Shown: piece after piece, positions 17,609 through 26,624 of the stretch
How the letters are laid out: every line of letters begins with the position of its first letter
How positions within the stretch are numbered: position 1 is the stretch's first letter
NCBI GenBank assembly: GCA_038870455.1
Contig: JAWCPB010000010.1
Location: 1-30,907, forward strand
Length of the DNA stretch: 30,907 nucleotides
Source of the DNA: Candidatus Micrarchaeia archaeon
GTDB taxonomy: Archaea > Micrarchaeota > Micrarchaeia > Burarchaeales > JACRGF01
Reading direction: 5' to 3'
Position numbers and translations under genes: made by a program
Notes under the pieces: generated by a model
What the model was told of the DNA's origin: nothing
The model's input: only the letters and a program-made list of their open reading frames with translations
Databases searched by the model: none

Positions 17609-18078
17609 GAAGGCGCGTGCGGCTGGCGGTGGTCGATACGACTTTCGCGAGGGTGGATATGGCAAAATTCGTGCTGGAGGAATTGCAGAAATACGGCGCG
17701 GTTTCCGTCGTTCGCTCAACCGTGCCGGGCATCAAAGACCTCGCAGTCGAGTGCAAGCGCCTGCTGGACAGGGACTGCCATGCGGCCATCGCGCTCGGCA
17801 TGGTGGGCGCTGCTGACCTCGACAGGGACTGCGCCAACCAAGCCTCGCTCGGCATACAGTGGGCCAAGCTGCTAACCGGCAAGCACATCATCGAAGTGTT
17901 TGTGCACGAGAGCGAGGCCAAAGATGCCAACGAGCTTTATGCCATCTGCGAGGACAGGGCGAGAAAGCACGCGCACAACGCGGTCGCCCTCGCGCGCGAG
18001 TCTGGCGAGCTGGCAAAGTGGGCCGGCCAGGGAAGAAGGCAGGGAAGGCCGCACGTGGGCCCGCTGCGGGCGAGGTGA
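17605..18078 (+). CDS. ribC: Riboflavin synthase, archaeal pentameric type
   Basis: VDTTFARVDM, TVPGIKDL, KHIIEVFVHE, GQGRRQG. ATGA overlap with ribB. Confidence 0.95.
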   Translation: MRRRVRLAVVDTTFARVDMAKFVLEELQKYGAVSVVRSTVPGIKDLAVECKRLLDRDCHAAIALGMVGAADLDRDCANQASLGIQWAKLLTGKHIIEVFVHESEAKDANELYAICEDRARKHAHNAVALARESGELAKWAGQGRRQGRPHVGPLRAR

Positions 18079-18082
18079 GAGA

Positions 18083-18502
18083 TTGGTCAGGCTTGGCTTT
18101 GTGGTGAGCGAATTCAACAGCGAGATCACGGGCGAGATGGAGAAGGTCGCGCTTGCATACGCAAAAGAGCTTGGGGCCGAGGTGGTCCGCACCATCCACG
18201 TGCCCGGAGCTTTTGACATGCCCCTGGCAGTGGATTTGCTTCTGAAGAGCTGGGGCATCGACGCGGTTGTGACGCTCGGGTGCGTCATGCAGGGCGAGAC
18301 GCGGCACGACGAGCTCATCGCGCACGCGCTCGCCTCCTCGCTTCACCGCCTCTCGCTCAAGCACAGCAAGCCAGTCGCCCTCGGGGTGATGGGGCCAGGC
18401 ATTAATGAGAAGCAGGCCAGGGCGCGCATCAAAGATTATGCCAAGCGCGCGGTGGATGCCGCCATAAAGCTTCACACGAGGCTGGTGCGATGGCCGGGCT
18501 GA
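18083..18502 (+). CDS. ribH: 6,7-dimethyl-8-ribityllumazine synthase
   Basis: VVSEFN, VPGAFDMP, DAVVTLG, GETRHD, KPVALGVMGPG. TTG start after GAGGTGA. Confidence 0.95.
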   Translation: MVRLGFVVSEFNSEITGEMEKVALAYAKELGAEVVRTIHVPGAFDMPLAVDLLLKSWGIDAVVTLGCVMQGETRHDELIAHALASSLHRLSLKHSKPVALGVMGPGINEKQARARIKDYAKRAVDAAIKLHTRLVRWPG

Positions 18503-19086
18503 AGAAAGTAGCGGAAGCAACGCTTCCCACGCGATTCGGAAAATTCACCGTGCACGCATTCGCTGATGGCAGAAAAGAGCATCTCGCCCTTGTGAAGGGA
18601 AACGTTCATAACCGCCCGAATGTCCTCACCCGGATTCACTCACAGTGCCTGACGGGCGACACGCTGGGCTCGCTGAGGTGCGACTGCAGGCAGCAGCTCG
18701 AAATGGCGTTGCGGCTCATCGCCCGAAGCAAGCGCGGCATCCTCGTCTACCTCAAGCAGGAAGGCCGGGGCATTGGCCTCGCGAACAAGATAAGGGCTTA
18801 CGCGCTCCAGGACAAAGGCTTGGACACGGCCGAGGCGAACATCGCGCTCGGCTTCAAAGCCGACGAGAGGAACTACGAGGTCGCCGGCCGCATTCTCAGG
18901 CTCTTGGGCGTGCGCTCGGTCGCGCTCCTCACCAACAACCCAAAAAAGGTGGAGGGCTTGAACGGCTCGGGCATACGCGTGGCAAAAAGAATTCCGCTTC
19001 AGGCCAGGCTCACGCGCTTCAATTCCTCTTACCTTCGCACAAAGAAACACAAACTGCATCACCTCATCGACTTGGAGGGAAACTGA
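18490..19086 (+). CDS. ribA: GTP cyclohydrolase II (bacterial type)
   Basis: LPTRFG, RIHSQCLTGD, SLRCDC, QEGRGIGL, LLTNNP. Confidence 0.96.
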   Translation: MAGLKKVAEATLPTRFGKFTVHAFADGRKEHLALVKGNVHNRPNVLTRIHSQCLTGDTLGSLRCDCRQQLEMALRLIARSKRGILVYLKQEGRGIGLANKIRAYALQDKGLDTAEANIALGFKADERNYEVAGRILRLLGVRSVALLTNNPKKVEGLNGSGIRVAKRIPLQARLTRFNSSYLRTKKHKLHHLIDLEGN

Positions 19087-20165
19087 TGCCGGCCAGCGAC
19101 GAAAAGTTCCTCCGCCTAGCCCTCTCCCTCGCAGAGAAAGCCAGAGGCAGAACCTCGCCCAACCCGCTCGTGGGCGCGCTCATTGTGAAAAACGGGCGCG
19201 TGCTGTCGGCGGGCTACCACAGGGGCGCGGGCCTTCCGCACGCTGAGATTGAGGCCCTCAGAAAGCTGAAGCCGGGCCAGGCCCGCGGCGCAACGCTCTA
19301 CCTCAACCTCGAGCCCTGCTCGCACACCGACAAGCGCACCCCGCCGTGCGTGCCGGCCATCATCGCCGCGGGCATCCGCCGCGTCGTCTGCTGCATGAGG
19401 GATCCCAACCCGAAAGTAAGCGGCATCGAACAGCTGCGCAAAGCCGGCGTGCGCGTTGACGTCGGCCTCCTGAGGAAAGAGGCTGAAGAGCTGAACGCTC
19501 CTTTCGCGAAGTTCATCACCACGGGCCTCCCTTTCCTCACGCTCAAGCTCGCGCTCTCCCTCGACGGAAAAATCGCGACCAGCACAGGAGAGAGCAAGTG
19601 GATTAGCGGAGAAGCCTCGCGCGCGCTCGTACAGCGGATGCGAGCGGAAAACGATGCCATTATGGTGGGCATTAACACCGTCCTTGCCGACAACCCACGC
19701 CTCTCCTGCCGGCTGCCCGGGGCAAAGCAGCCCCTGCGCGTGGTTGTTGATTCGCGCCTGCGCATTCCCTTGAACGCCCACGTGCTCCGAGGCAATAACG
19801 TTGTAATCGCAACAGCGAACGGGGCGGACGAGCGCAAAAAAACCAGGCTCGAAAAGCGCGGGATAACAGTTTTCTCTTCCGGCACTGGCCGCGTTGACAT
19901 CCGTGCTCTGCTTCGCTTTCTTGCTTCCAGAGGCGTTGTTTCAGTCATGTGCGAGGGGGGCAGCGAGCTCGCCGGAAGCCTGGCGGACGCGCGCCTCATA
20001 GACAGGTTCGTTTTCTTCATCGCGCCCAAAATAATCTGCGGGAGGAATGGAAAAACCGCGATAGGCGGGATGGGAGTAACGCATCTGGCAGATGCATGGA
20101 GGTTGCGCTTCACCAAAATTGAGCGAATTGACGGAGACGTTTTGATTGAAGCTGTCCCTGCCTGA
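19086..20165 (+). CDS. ribD: Bifunctional pyrimidine deaminase/reductase (bacterial type)
   Basis: TSPNPLVG, HAE, LEPCSH..RTPPC, SLDGKIA, SKWIS, DNPRL, EGG. TGATG overlap with ribA. Confidence 0.96.
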   Translation: MPASDEKFLRLALSLAEKARGRTSPNPLVGALIVKNGRVLSAGYHRGAGLPHAEIEALRKLKPGQARGATLYLNLEPCSHTDKRTPPCVPAIIAAGIRRVVCCMRDPNPKVSGIEQLRKAGVRVDVGLLRKEAEELNAPFAKFITTGLPFLTLKLALSLDGKIATSTGESKWISGEASRALVQRMRAENDAIMVGINTVLADNPRLSCRLPGAKQPLRVVVDSRLRIPLNAHVLRGNNVVIATANGADERKKTRLEKRGITVFSSGTGRVDIRALLRFLASRGVVSVMCEGGSELAGSLADARLIDRFVFFIAPKIICGRNGKTAIGGMGVTHLADAWRLRFTKIERIDGDVLIEAVPA

Positions 20166-20267
20166 ACTATCTGCTGGTGCCATCGGGAAACACCCACGCC
20201 GCCTTGCGCAGGGCATAAGCGAGTTCAACGACGTACATCGGGATTATAACCACATAAGGAAAGAACT

Positions 20268-20579
20268 GTGAGTATACGTAGTACAGCAACAAGAAAGCGA
20301 GGACAGACGCAAGTGCGTTTGCTAAAAGAGCCGCTCGTGCCCGGCTCGAACGACAGCGAGGCAAACACGTTCGACCCCGATTACGATAAGCTGCTCACTG
20401 GCGCGATGCGGCCTACAGGACGCACTTAAAGCCCCCTCGAGAACGCGATGAAAGAGGCGGCAGGCGATGCAAACCTCAACCCAGCCATACGCGAAATGCG
20501 CTTCAAGAAACTCCAGGCCGCGTTCCTCGCAGAACACGACAAATACTTCCCGCCAATCGTGGAAGTGGAAACCAATTAA
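20268..20579 (+). pseudogene. Possible decayed gene remnant
   Basis: Protein-like segments ...NTFDPDYDKLL and LENAMKEAAGDANLNPAIREMRFKKLQAAFLAEHDKYFP are in one frame, interrupted by TAA 20427-20429. Confidence 0.35.
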
Positions 20580-20604
20580 AAAGCAAGGCGCGCAAAGCAA
20601 GGTG

Positions 20605-21291
20605 ATGGGAATCGTCGAAAACGCGCTGAAGGTGAAGGAAAGGATTGCTGCTGCCGCAGCCCGTTCGGGTAGGGACGCGTCGAAAATCACCCTGCTCTAC
20701 GCCACCAAATACGCCACGCCCGAGCAGATTGCTGAGCTGCTTGCTGTGGAGAAAGAAAAGCTGGTGATGGGAGAAAACTACGTACAGCAGGCGCGGGAAA
20801 AGTTTGCGAAGCTGAAGGAGCTTGTGAGCGAGCGCGACTGGCGGAGAATCGAAAAGCACATGATCGGCACGCTGCAGAGCAACAAGGCAAAGCATGCGCT
20901 TGAGGTGTTTGATGCAATTCACTCGGTGGATTCACTGAAGCTGGCGCTCAAGCTGGATGCGCGCGCCCAGCAGATGGGCAAAGTTATCCCTGTTTTTCTT
21001 GAAGTGAATGCGGGTCTGGAGGAGACGAAGCGAGGGGCGGCTTTTGAGGAAGTTGATGAGATTGTTGCGAGAGTGCGCGAGCTCAATAACCTGCGTCTCC
21101 TTGGCTTGATGACTATAGCGCCTCACGCCGGGCCTGAAATAACGAGGCCTGTTTTCAGAAAGCTGCGTGCTCTCTGCGACAAGCTCGGCCTGCTGGCCTC
21201 TATGGGGATGAGCAACGACTTCGAGGTGGCCATAGAAGAGGGCTCGGACTTGGTGAGGATTGGGAGGGCGGTTTGGTGGCGAGCTTCCTGA
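20605..21291 (+). CDS. yggS: PLP homeostasis protein, YggS/PROSC family
   Basis: ATKY (PLP lysine), GENYVQ, HMIGTLQSNK, HSVDS, GLMTI, SMGMSNDF..AIEEGS..VRIG. Confidence 0.96.
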   Translation: MGIVENALKVKERIAAAAARSGRDASKITLLYATKYATPEQIAELLAVEKEKLVMGENYVQQAREKFAKLKELVSERDWRRIEKHMIGTLQSNKAKHALEVFDAIHSVDSLKLALKLDARAQQMGKVIPVFLEVNAGLEETKRGAAFEEVDEIVARVRELNNLRLLGLMTIAPHAGPEITRPVFRKLRALCDKLGLLASMGMSNDFEVAIEEGSDLVRIGRAVWWRAS

Positions 21292-21313
21292 AAAAACTCA
21301 GGTCCCCCGCTAG

Positions 21314-21703
21314 CTACAGGACAATCGGTTCCGAGTCAGGCTTGAATTTCCCGAACTCGGTCTGGACTTGCCGCGGAACAAAAGAAGAGCCGGCTTCGTA
21401 CGGATTTGTTTTGCCTTCCATGCTGATGTTGACCAAAAGATTCTTCACATTCCTGACAATGAGCCTCTCGCGCGGCGTCCACCAATAAATTCCGCCCAAA
21501 TACCCATAAAGCGCATTCATTTTTTCCTCAATCTGCTTGGGCGTCAGCTGCTTCAATTCCTCCAAAACCCCAAGATTCCTGAGCTTCTCACGCACTTTGT
21601 GCGCATCGAGCTTGCCCGCGAGGATGGTTTTGTCGACTATTGTTTTTATAACCTGGTCGAGGGAAACCGCCTTTGGCGCCCTGCTCCGTTGCGCTGCTTT
21701 CAT
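21314..21703 (-). CDS. Hypothetical protein (129 aa)
   Basis: ATG about 24 nt downstream of AAAAAG-TTTTTATA (BRE/TATA) on the minus strand. It fills the gap between yggS and pps. Confidence 0.65.
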   Translation of the reverse strand: MKAAQRSRAPKAVSLDQVIKTIVDKTILAGKLDAHKVREKLRNLGVLEELKQLTPKQIEEKMNALYGYLGGIYWWTPRERLIVRNVKNLLVNISMEGKTNPYEAGSSFVPRQVQTEFGKFKPDSEPIVL

Positions 21704-21747
21704 TAATGATATTTAACTTTGGGCCATATAAAAACTTTTTGATTTTT

Positions 21748-22479
21748 ATGGGAATTCCTGGCCTGCATCCACGGAGAAAATCACTCCTCCAGAGAGAAAG
21801 GCTGGTGAAAGGCGTCCGCGCGGGCATCACTTCGCTGAACGGATTGATTGCGTTCGGGCGGGGCGAGGCGCTCGATTATCTTTTGGGGGAAAAGACTACG
21901 GGGTGGGCAAGGCGGGCCGCCAGGGCGGCTGCGGCTCTTCTGGTGCTCGCCAAGCACCCAGTCATCTCGGTGAATGGAAACACTGCGGCCTTGTGCCCCC
22001 GCGAGATTGCCGCTCTCGCAAAAACCGTTGGCGCAAAAATTGAGGTAAACCTGTTTCATCGCACGCGGGCGAGGGAAAAGGCGATAGCGGGGGTTTTTTC
22101 GAGATTGGGCGTCCGCATTCTAGGTCTGAGGAAGGACGCGCGCATTCCTGGCTTGGCGAGCGAGAGGGCCAAGGTGAGTAAGGAGGGGATTTTCTCTGCT
22201 GACGTTGTGCTCGTTCCGCTTGAAGACGGTGACAGAACGCAGGCGCTGCGCAGGATGGGAAAGAAGGTCATCGCCATTGACCTGAACCCTCTCTCGCGCA
22301 CCGCCCGCGCCGCACACATCACCATTGTGGATAATGTCGTGCGCGCGGTTCCGAACATCACCGGCTTTGCCCGCGCCCTCAAAAGCCGCCCGCGCTCTGC
22401 GCTCGGGAGGACTGCGTCTCTGTTTGACAACAGGAAGAATCTGCTGGAGTCGGAAAAAGTTATGAGACGCGCCCTCTGA
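21748..22479 (+). CDS. pps: 4-phosphopantoate--beta-alanine ligase (phosphopantothenate synthetase)
   Basis: HPRRKSL, GRGEALDYLLGE, PVISVNGN, EVNLF, VPLEDGDR, IDLNPLSRT, IVDN. Confidence 0.95.
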   Translation: MGIPGLHPRRKSLLQRERLVKGVRAGITSLNGLIAFGRGEALDYLLGEKTTGWARRAARAAAALLVLAKHPVISVNGNTAALCPREIAALAKTVGAKIEVNLFHRTRAREKAIAGVFSRLGVRILGLRKDARIPGLASERAKVSKEGIFSADVVLVPLEDGDRTQALRRMGKKVIAIDLNPLSRTARAAHITIVDNVVRAVPNITGFARALKSRPRSALGRTASLFDNRKNLLESEKVMRRAL

Positions 22480-22495
22480 TCGGGGTTTTGCCGCC

Positions 22496-23029
22496 ATGCG
22501 TGTTGGCTTCTGGGAGAGAGAAGAGGAAAGAGATGTCGTAGAGGCAGAACCAAAGCTTATACCAGAAGTTGAAAAACAGCATGAGAAAGAAGGCGTGAAG
22601 GACTTTGTGGAAAAGATGCGTGAGGTCAGGAAAAACAACGCAAGCTGCCAGCTGAAATGGACTGATGAAAATCTGGAGAATTTCAGAAAGTTATGCGAAA
22701 GTCTCTCCTTTACATTTGCGGAGCTTGGCAATAACGTGCTGAGATTTACCATAAAGGTTGGAGAAGAGCAGTTGTACCAAGATTTTAAGGCAGGGATTGC
22801 TCTGCTCATAAATACAGAGAAAGAGTTCGGACAGCCGAAGTATTACTATGGGATTGTCAAAAAGCCAAATGAGGCCCTCATCATCAACGAAGAAGGTTAC
22901 TGTGAAGCGAAGATCACAAAAGAGTTTTTTGAAGTAAATTTGTTTCCACAGAAAAATGCGCCGCTGAATATCAAACGCTTTTCACTAGTACTCCGCTATA
23001 TGTTGGAATCCACTCAAAAAAGACGCTGA
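22496..23029 (+). CDS. Hypothetical protein, AT-richer than its neighbours
   Basis: 177-aa ORF with many A/T-ending codons. Confidence 0.7.
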   Translation: MRVGFWEREEERDVVEAEPKLIPEVEKQHEKEGVKDFVEKMREVRKNNASCQLKWTDENLENFRKLCESLSFTFAELGNNVLRFTIKVGEEQLYQDFKAGIALLINTEKEFGQPKYYYGIVKKPNEALIINEEGYCEAKITKEFFEVNLFPQKNAPLNIKRFSLVLRYMLESTQKRR

Positions 23030-23114
23030 CCGCATCGAGAACTTGGCGCTTTCTAGATCGAGGCAGAATAAGAATATATATGCAGAGGTAGTACCTAAAT
23101 AAGGGAAGACGACT

Positions 23115-24398
23115 ATGGCCAAGCTGCAGCTCGCGCTTGATTTCGTGGATGCCGAGAGGGCGCTCGCCATCGTGAGGGAGGCGGCTCCCTTCATCGACAT
23201 CATCGAGGCTGGCACGCCGCTCATCAAGAGTGCGGGCATCGGCATAGTCAGGCGGCTCAAAAAGATGTTTCCCGGCAAAAAGATTGCGGCCGACCTCAAG
23301 ATAATGGATGTTGGGGGCGTTGAGACCGAGATGGCTGCAAAGGCGGGCGCGGGCATCGTCACGGTGTGCGCGGCCGCGGACGACGCGACGATAAGGGAGG
23401 CGGTGGAGGCGGGCAAAAGATATGGGGCAAAGGTGAGCGCCGACCTCATCGGCGTCGCCGACCCGGTAAGACGGGCGAGGGAATGCGAGGCGCTCGGCGT
23501 GTCAATCATAGAGGTTCATACGGGCATAGACCAGCAGATGAAGGGGATAACGCCTTTTGGCGCGCTGCGGAAAGTCGTTAAGGCTGTTTCGGTTCCCGTG
23601 GCCGTTGCAGGCGGGCTGGATGCCAAGAGCGCGGGCGAGGCCGCCGCGCTGGGCGCGAGCATAGTGATTGTTGGAGGCGGCATAACCAAGGCGGCCGATG
23701 TGGCAAAAGCAGCGAAGGCGGTGAAGGCGGCGATTGTTAAAAAAAAACGCGCGAGTAAAGCAGACGTTCCGTTAGACCAGCAAATTCGCGCGCTTCTCCT
23801 CAAGGCTTCTACTCCAAACGTCAGCGACGCGCTGCAGAGAAAGGGCGAGATGCGCGGCATCCGCGGCATTCAGCCGGGCCTCAAAGCAGTCGGGCCAGCC
23901 GTAACAGCCCGCACTTTTCCGGGCGACTGGGCCAAGCCCGTGCAGGCCATCGACCAAGCCAAGCCCGGCGATGTTGTTGTCATTGACGAGGGAGGAAGCG
24001 AAATAGCTGTTTGGGGCGAACTCGCCACAGAAAGCGCGGTGAAGCGCAAGCTGGCGGGCGTGGTGATCGATGGGGCGGTCCGCGATGTGGACATTGTCCG
24101 CAAGCTGAAATTCCCCGCTTTTGCCAGGCACATCAGCCCGACCGCAGGCGACCCCAAGGGCTTTGGGGAAATTGGCGTGGAGATAACCTGCGGGGGCCAG
24201 ACGGTCCGGCCGGGCGACTGGATTGCCGCGGACGACTCAGGCGTCGTGGTCATCCCGAAGGAGCGCGCGCTTGAGATTGCAAGAAGGGCGGTGGACATCG
24301 CCGGCAAGGAAAACCGCATCCGCGCGGAGATAAAAAAGGGCGAGACGCTTGGCAAAATACTCAGGCTCAAGAAATGGGAGAAGGCAGGGCTGAGCTGA
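23115..24398 (+). CDS. hxlA: 3-hexulose-6-phosphate synthase fused to an RraA/HMG-aldolase-like domain
   Basis: N-domain LQLALD, IEAGTPLI, ADLKIMD, HTGIDQQ, AVAGG. C-domain STPNVSDA, AVWGELA, IDGAVRD, PGDWIAADDSGVVVIP. Confidence 0.9.
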   Translation: MAKLQLALDFVDAERALAIVREAAPFIDIIEAGTPLIKSAGIGIVRRLKKMFPGKKIAADLKIMDVGGVETEMAAKAGAGIVTVCAAADDATIREAVEAGKRYGAKVSADLIGVADPVRRARECEALGVSIIEVHTGIDQQMKGITPFGALRKVVKAVSVPVAVAGGLDAKSAGEAAALGASIVIVGGGITKAADVAKAAKAVKAAIVKKKRASKADVPLDQQIRALLLKASTPNVSDALQRKGEMRGIRGIQPGLKAVGPAVTARTFPGDWAKPVQAIDQAKPGDVVVIDEGGSEIAVWGELATESAVKRKLAGVVIDGAVRDVDIVRKLKFPAFARHISPTAGDPKGFGEIGVEITCGGQTVRPGDWIAADDSGVVVIPKERALEIARRAVDIAGKENRIRAEIKKGETLGKILRLKKWEKAGLS

Positions 24399-24476
24399 GC
24401 ATTTTTGGGCCTTTGGCCAACGTTTTTAAGCCCATTTTTCCATATCCTTACGTCGGTTTTCTGTGGGTTGTGAAGA

Positions 24477-24953
24477 ATGAACATCGAGGGAAAAACGTAC
24501 CACTGCAAGGACAACATCGACACGGACGTCATCATCCCGGCCAAGTACTTGGCCGAGACCGATCCGGCCGCGCTGGCAGCGCACGCCATGGAGGGGCTTG
24601 ACCCAGACTTCAACAAAAAGCCGCACGACATCATTGTCGCTGGCAAGAACTTCGGCAGCGGTAGCTCGCGCGAGCACGCGCCCATCGCGCTGAAAGCGGC
24701 GGGCGTGAAGTGCATTGTGGCAAGGAGCTTCGCCCGCATTTTCTACCGCAATGCCATCAACATTGGGCTGCCGGTGGTCATCTGCAAGGACGCTGGGAAA
24801 ATCGGTGGTGAGGCAACCATTCACCTCGACACGGGCGAGATCATCCTTCCCGGCGAGATACTGCGCTTCCCGCCATACAGCGAGGTGGTCCGCGAGATCC
24901 TCTTTGACGGAGGCCTGATTCCGCACCTGAAGAAAAAGCTGGGAAAGAAGTGA
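24477..24953 (+). CDS. leuD: Isopropylmalate isomerase/homoaconitase family small subunit
   Basis: DNIDTDVIIP, NFGSGSSREHA, SFARIFYRNAINIG. Confidence 0.92.
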   Translation: MNIEGKTYHCKDNIDTDVIIPAKYLAETDPAALAAHAMEGLDPDFNKKPHDIIVAGKNFGSGSSREHAPIALKAAGVKCIVARSFARIFYRNAINIGLPVVICKDAGKIGGEATIHLDTGEIILPGEILRFPPYSEVVREILFDGGLIPHLKKKLGKK

Positions 24954-24957
24954 GAGA

Positions 24958-26208
24958 ATGGGCGCAACCGTAACCGAGAAAATCTTTTCTTCCGCGGTCG
25001 GCAGGAGCGTGAGCGCCGGCGAAGTCGTTACTGCAAAAGTGGATTACGCCATGGTGAATGACGTGACCGGCCCGCTGGCCGTCAGCAAATTCAACGAACT
25101 GGGGGCGAAGATTTGGGACCCCGCCAAAGTCGTCATCGTGCTGTCGCACTTCGTTCCGGCGAAAGACGTGCTGTCCGCAAACAACTGCAAGCTGCTCAGG
25201 GAGTTCGCGCGCAAGCACGGCATAGCAAACTTCTTCGAGGAAGGGCGGGGCATCGAGCACGAGATACTGCCCCAGGAGGGCATAGCGCGGCCCGGGCTAA
25301 TCATCGTCGGCGCGGACTCGCACACCTGCACTTACGGCGCGCTGGGATGCTTCGCCACCGGCATCGGCTCAACCGAGATGGCTGCCGTGTGGGCCACGGG
25401 CGAGCTGTGGTTCCGCGTGCCCGAAACCATCCGCTTCAACGTCTTGGGCAGGCTGAAGCGGCATGTTTATGGCAAGGACATCATCCTGACGGCCATCGGC
25501 TTGATTGGCGTGGATGGCGCGCTGTACAAGGTGATGGAGTGGGGAGGCGACGTCATAAAGGAGTTGGGCGTAGGAGAGCGTTTGACCATAACCAACATGG
25601 CTGTGGAGGCAGGCGCGAAGAGCGGCATCGTCGAGCCCGACTTCAAGACGCTGCAGTACGTTAAGGAGCGCACCAATGCGCCGTACAAAGTTTTCCGCAG
25701 CGACCCGGATGCCGCCTATGAGGACACCATCACGCTGGAGGGGGACAAGCTGGAGCCCGTGGTGGCAGCGCCTTTCCTGCCCAGCAACGTAAAGCCGGTC
25801 AGCGAGGTGGCTCACGTTGAAGTCGACCAAGTGCTCATCGGCTCTTGCACGAACGGCAGGTACGAGGACCTCAAGATTGCCGCTCAGATTCTGAAAGGAA
25901 GAAAGGTTGCGAAGGGCGTGCGCTGCCTGGTGCTCCCTGCCAGCGAGAAGGTTTTCGAGCAGGCGATGAAAGACGGGTTCATCCAGGCTCTGGCCGAGGC
26001 GGGCTGTATCATCGGCCCTTCAACCTGCGGGCCTTGCCTTGGAGGCCACATGGGCGTGCTGGCTGAAGGCGAGGTTTGCGTGAGCACCACGAACAGGAAC
26101 TTTGTCGGAAGGATGGGGCATCCCAAGAGCAAAGTGTATCTGGCGAGCCCGGCGACGGCGGCAGCCACCGCAATAAAAGGTAGGATAACCGACCCGAGGA
26201 ACGTTTAG
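24958..26208 (+). CDS. leuC: Isopropylmalate isomerase/homoaconitase family large subunit
   Basis: TEKI, GADSHTCTYGA, IGSCTNGR, CGPCLG, STTNRNF.GRMG (4Fe-4S cysteines present). Confidence 0.93.
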   Translation: MGATVTEKIFSSAVGRSVSAGEVVTAKVDYAMVNDVTGPLAVSKFNELGAKIWDPAKVVIVLSHFVPAKDVLSANNCKLLREFARKHGIANFFEEGRGIEHEILPQEGIARPGLIIVGADSHTCTYGALGCFATGIGSTEMAAVWATGELWFRVPETIRFNVLGRLKRHVYGKDIILTAIGLIGVDGALYKVMEWGGDVIKELGVGERLTITNMAVEAGAKSGIVEPDFKTLQYVKERTNAPYKVFRSDPDAAYEDTITLEGDKLEPVVAAPFLPSNVKPVSEVAHVEVDQVLIGSCTNGRYEDLKIAAQILKGRKVAKGVRCLVLPASEKVFEQAMKDGFIQALAEAGCIIGPSTCGPCLGGHMGVLAEGEVCVSTTNRNFVGRMGHPKSKVYLASPATAAATAIKGRITDPRNV

Positions 26209-26624
26209 CTCTGTTTCACTGCCTCAGAAGGTTGGAGGCGTTTGATTTCCTTCACCCTGTCAAAGTCCTTGTCCAGAGAAACGATGGTAGTGACGCCGCG
26301 GGAACGCATGGCTTGCAGGGTGAGCGCGTCGCCAAAACCCAGCCCGTGCTCTTCCATGAGCGCTGTTGCAGCGATTTTTTCGGCCAGAGAAAACACATGG
26401 AATTTCAGGCCCTTGTAAGCCAGCAGGCTTGCCAGGAACGTGCGGATGTGGCGCGGCTTTTTGCCCTCGCTTTCCATGACGATTGCTATCAAGTCAATTG
26501 AAAAATCAGTGAGCAAAGCTTCAGTCTTGCCCTCATGCACGCTGCGGAGGAATTGCTTGCATGCTTCTGAGTGCGCCTGCTGCAGCTCGATTTCCAGGAA
26601 GATGTTCGCATCAACCAAGTGCAT
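26205..26624 (-). CDS. vapC: PIN-domain VapC toxin
   Basis: LVDANIFLE start, GDA, IVSLDKDFD. Confidence 0.9.
   Translation of the reverse strand: MHLVDANIFLEIELQQAHSEACKQFLRSVHEGKTEALLTDFSIDLIAIVMESEGKKPRHIRTFLASLLAYKGLKFHVFSLAEKIAATALMEEHGLGFGDALTLQAMRSRGVTTIVSLDKDFDRVKEIKRLQPSEAVKQS

Noticed and set aside
18645..19085. N-terminal extension of RibD (506-aa ORF)
   Set aside because: It overlaps ribA out of frame. RibD homology begins at ATG 19086.
10382..20429. TAA stop-codon reassignment suggested by two in-frame TAAs (10382, 20427)
   Set aside because: TAA ends conserved genes at their expected C-termini (HD hydrolase 9985, pantoate kinase 12879).
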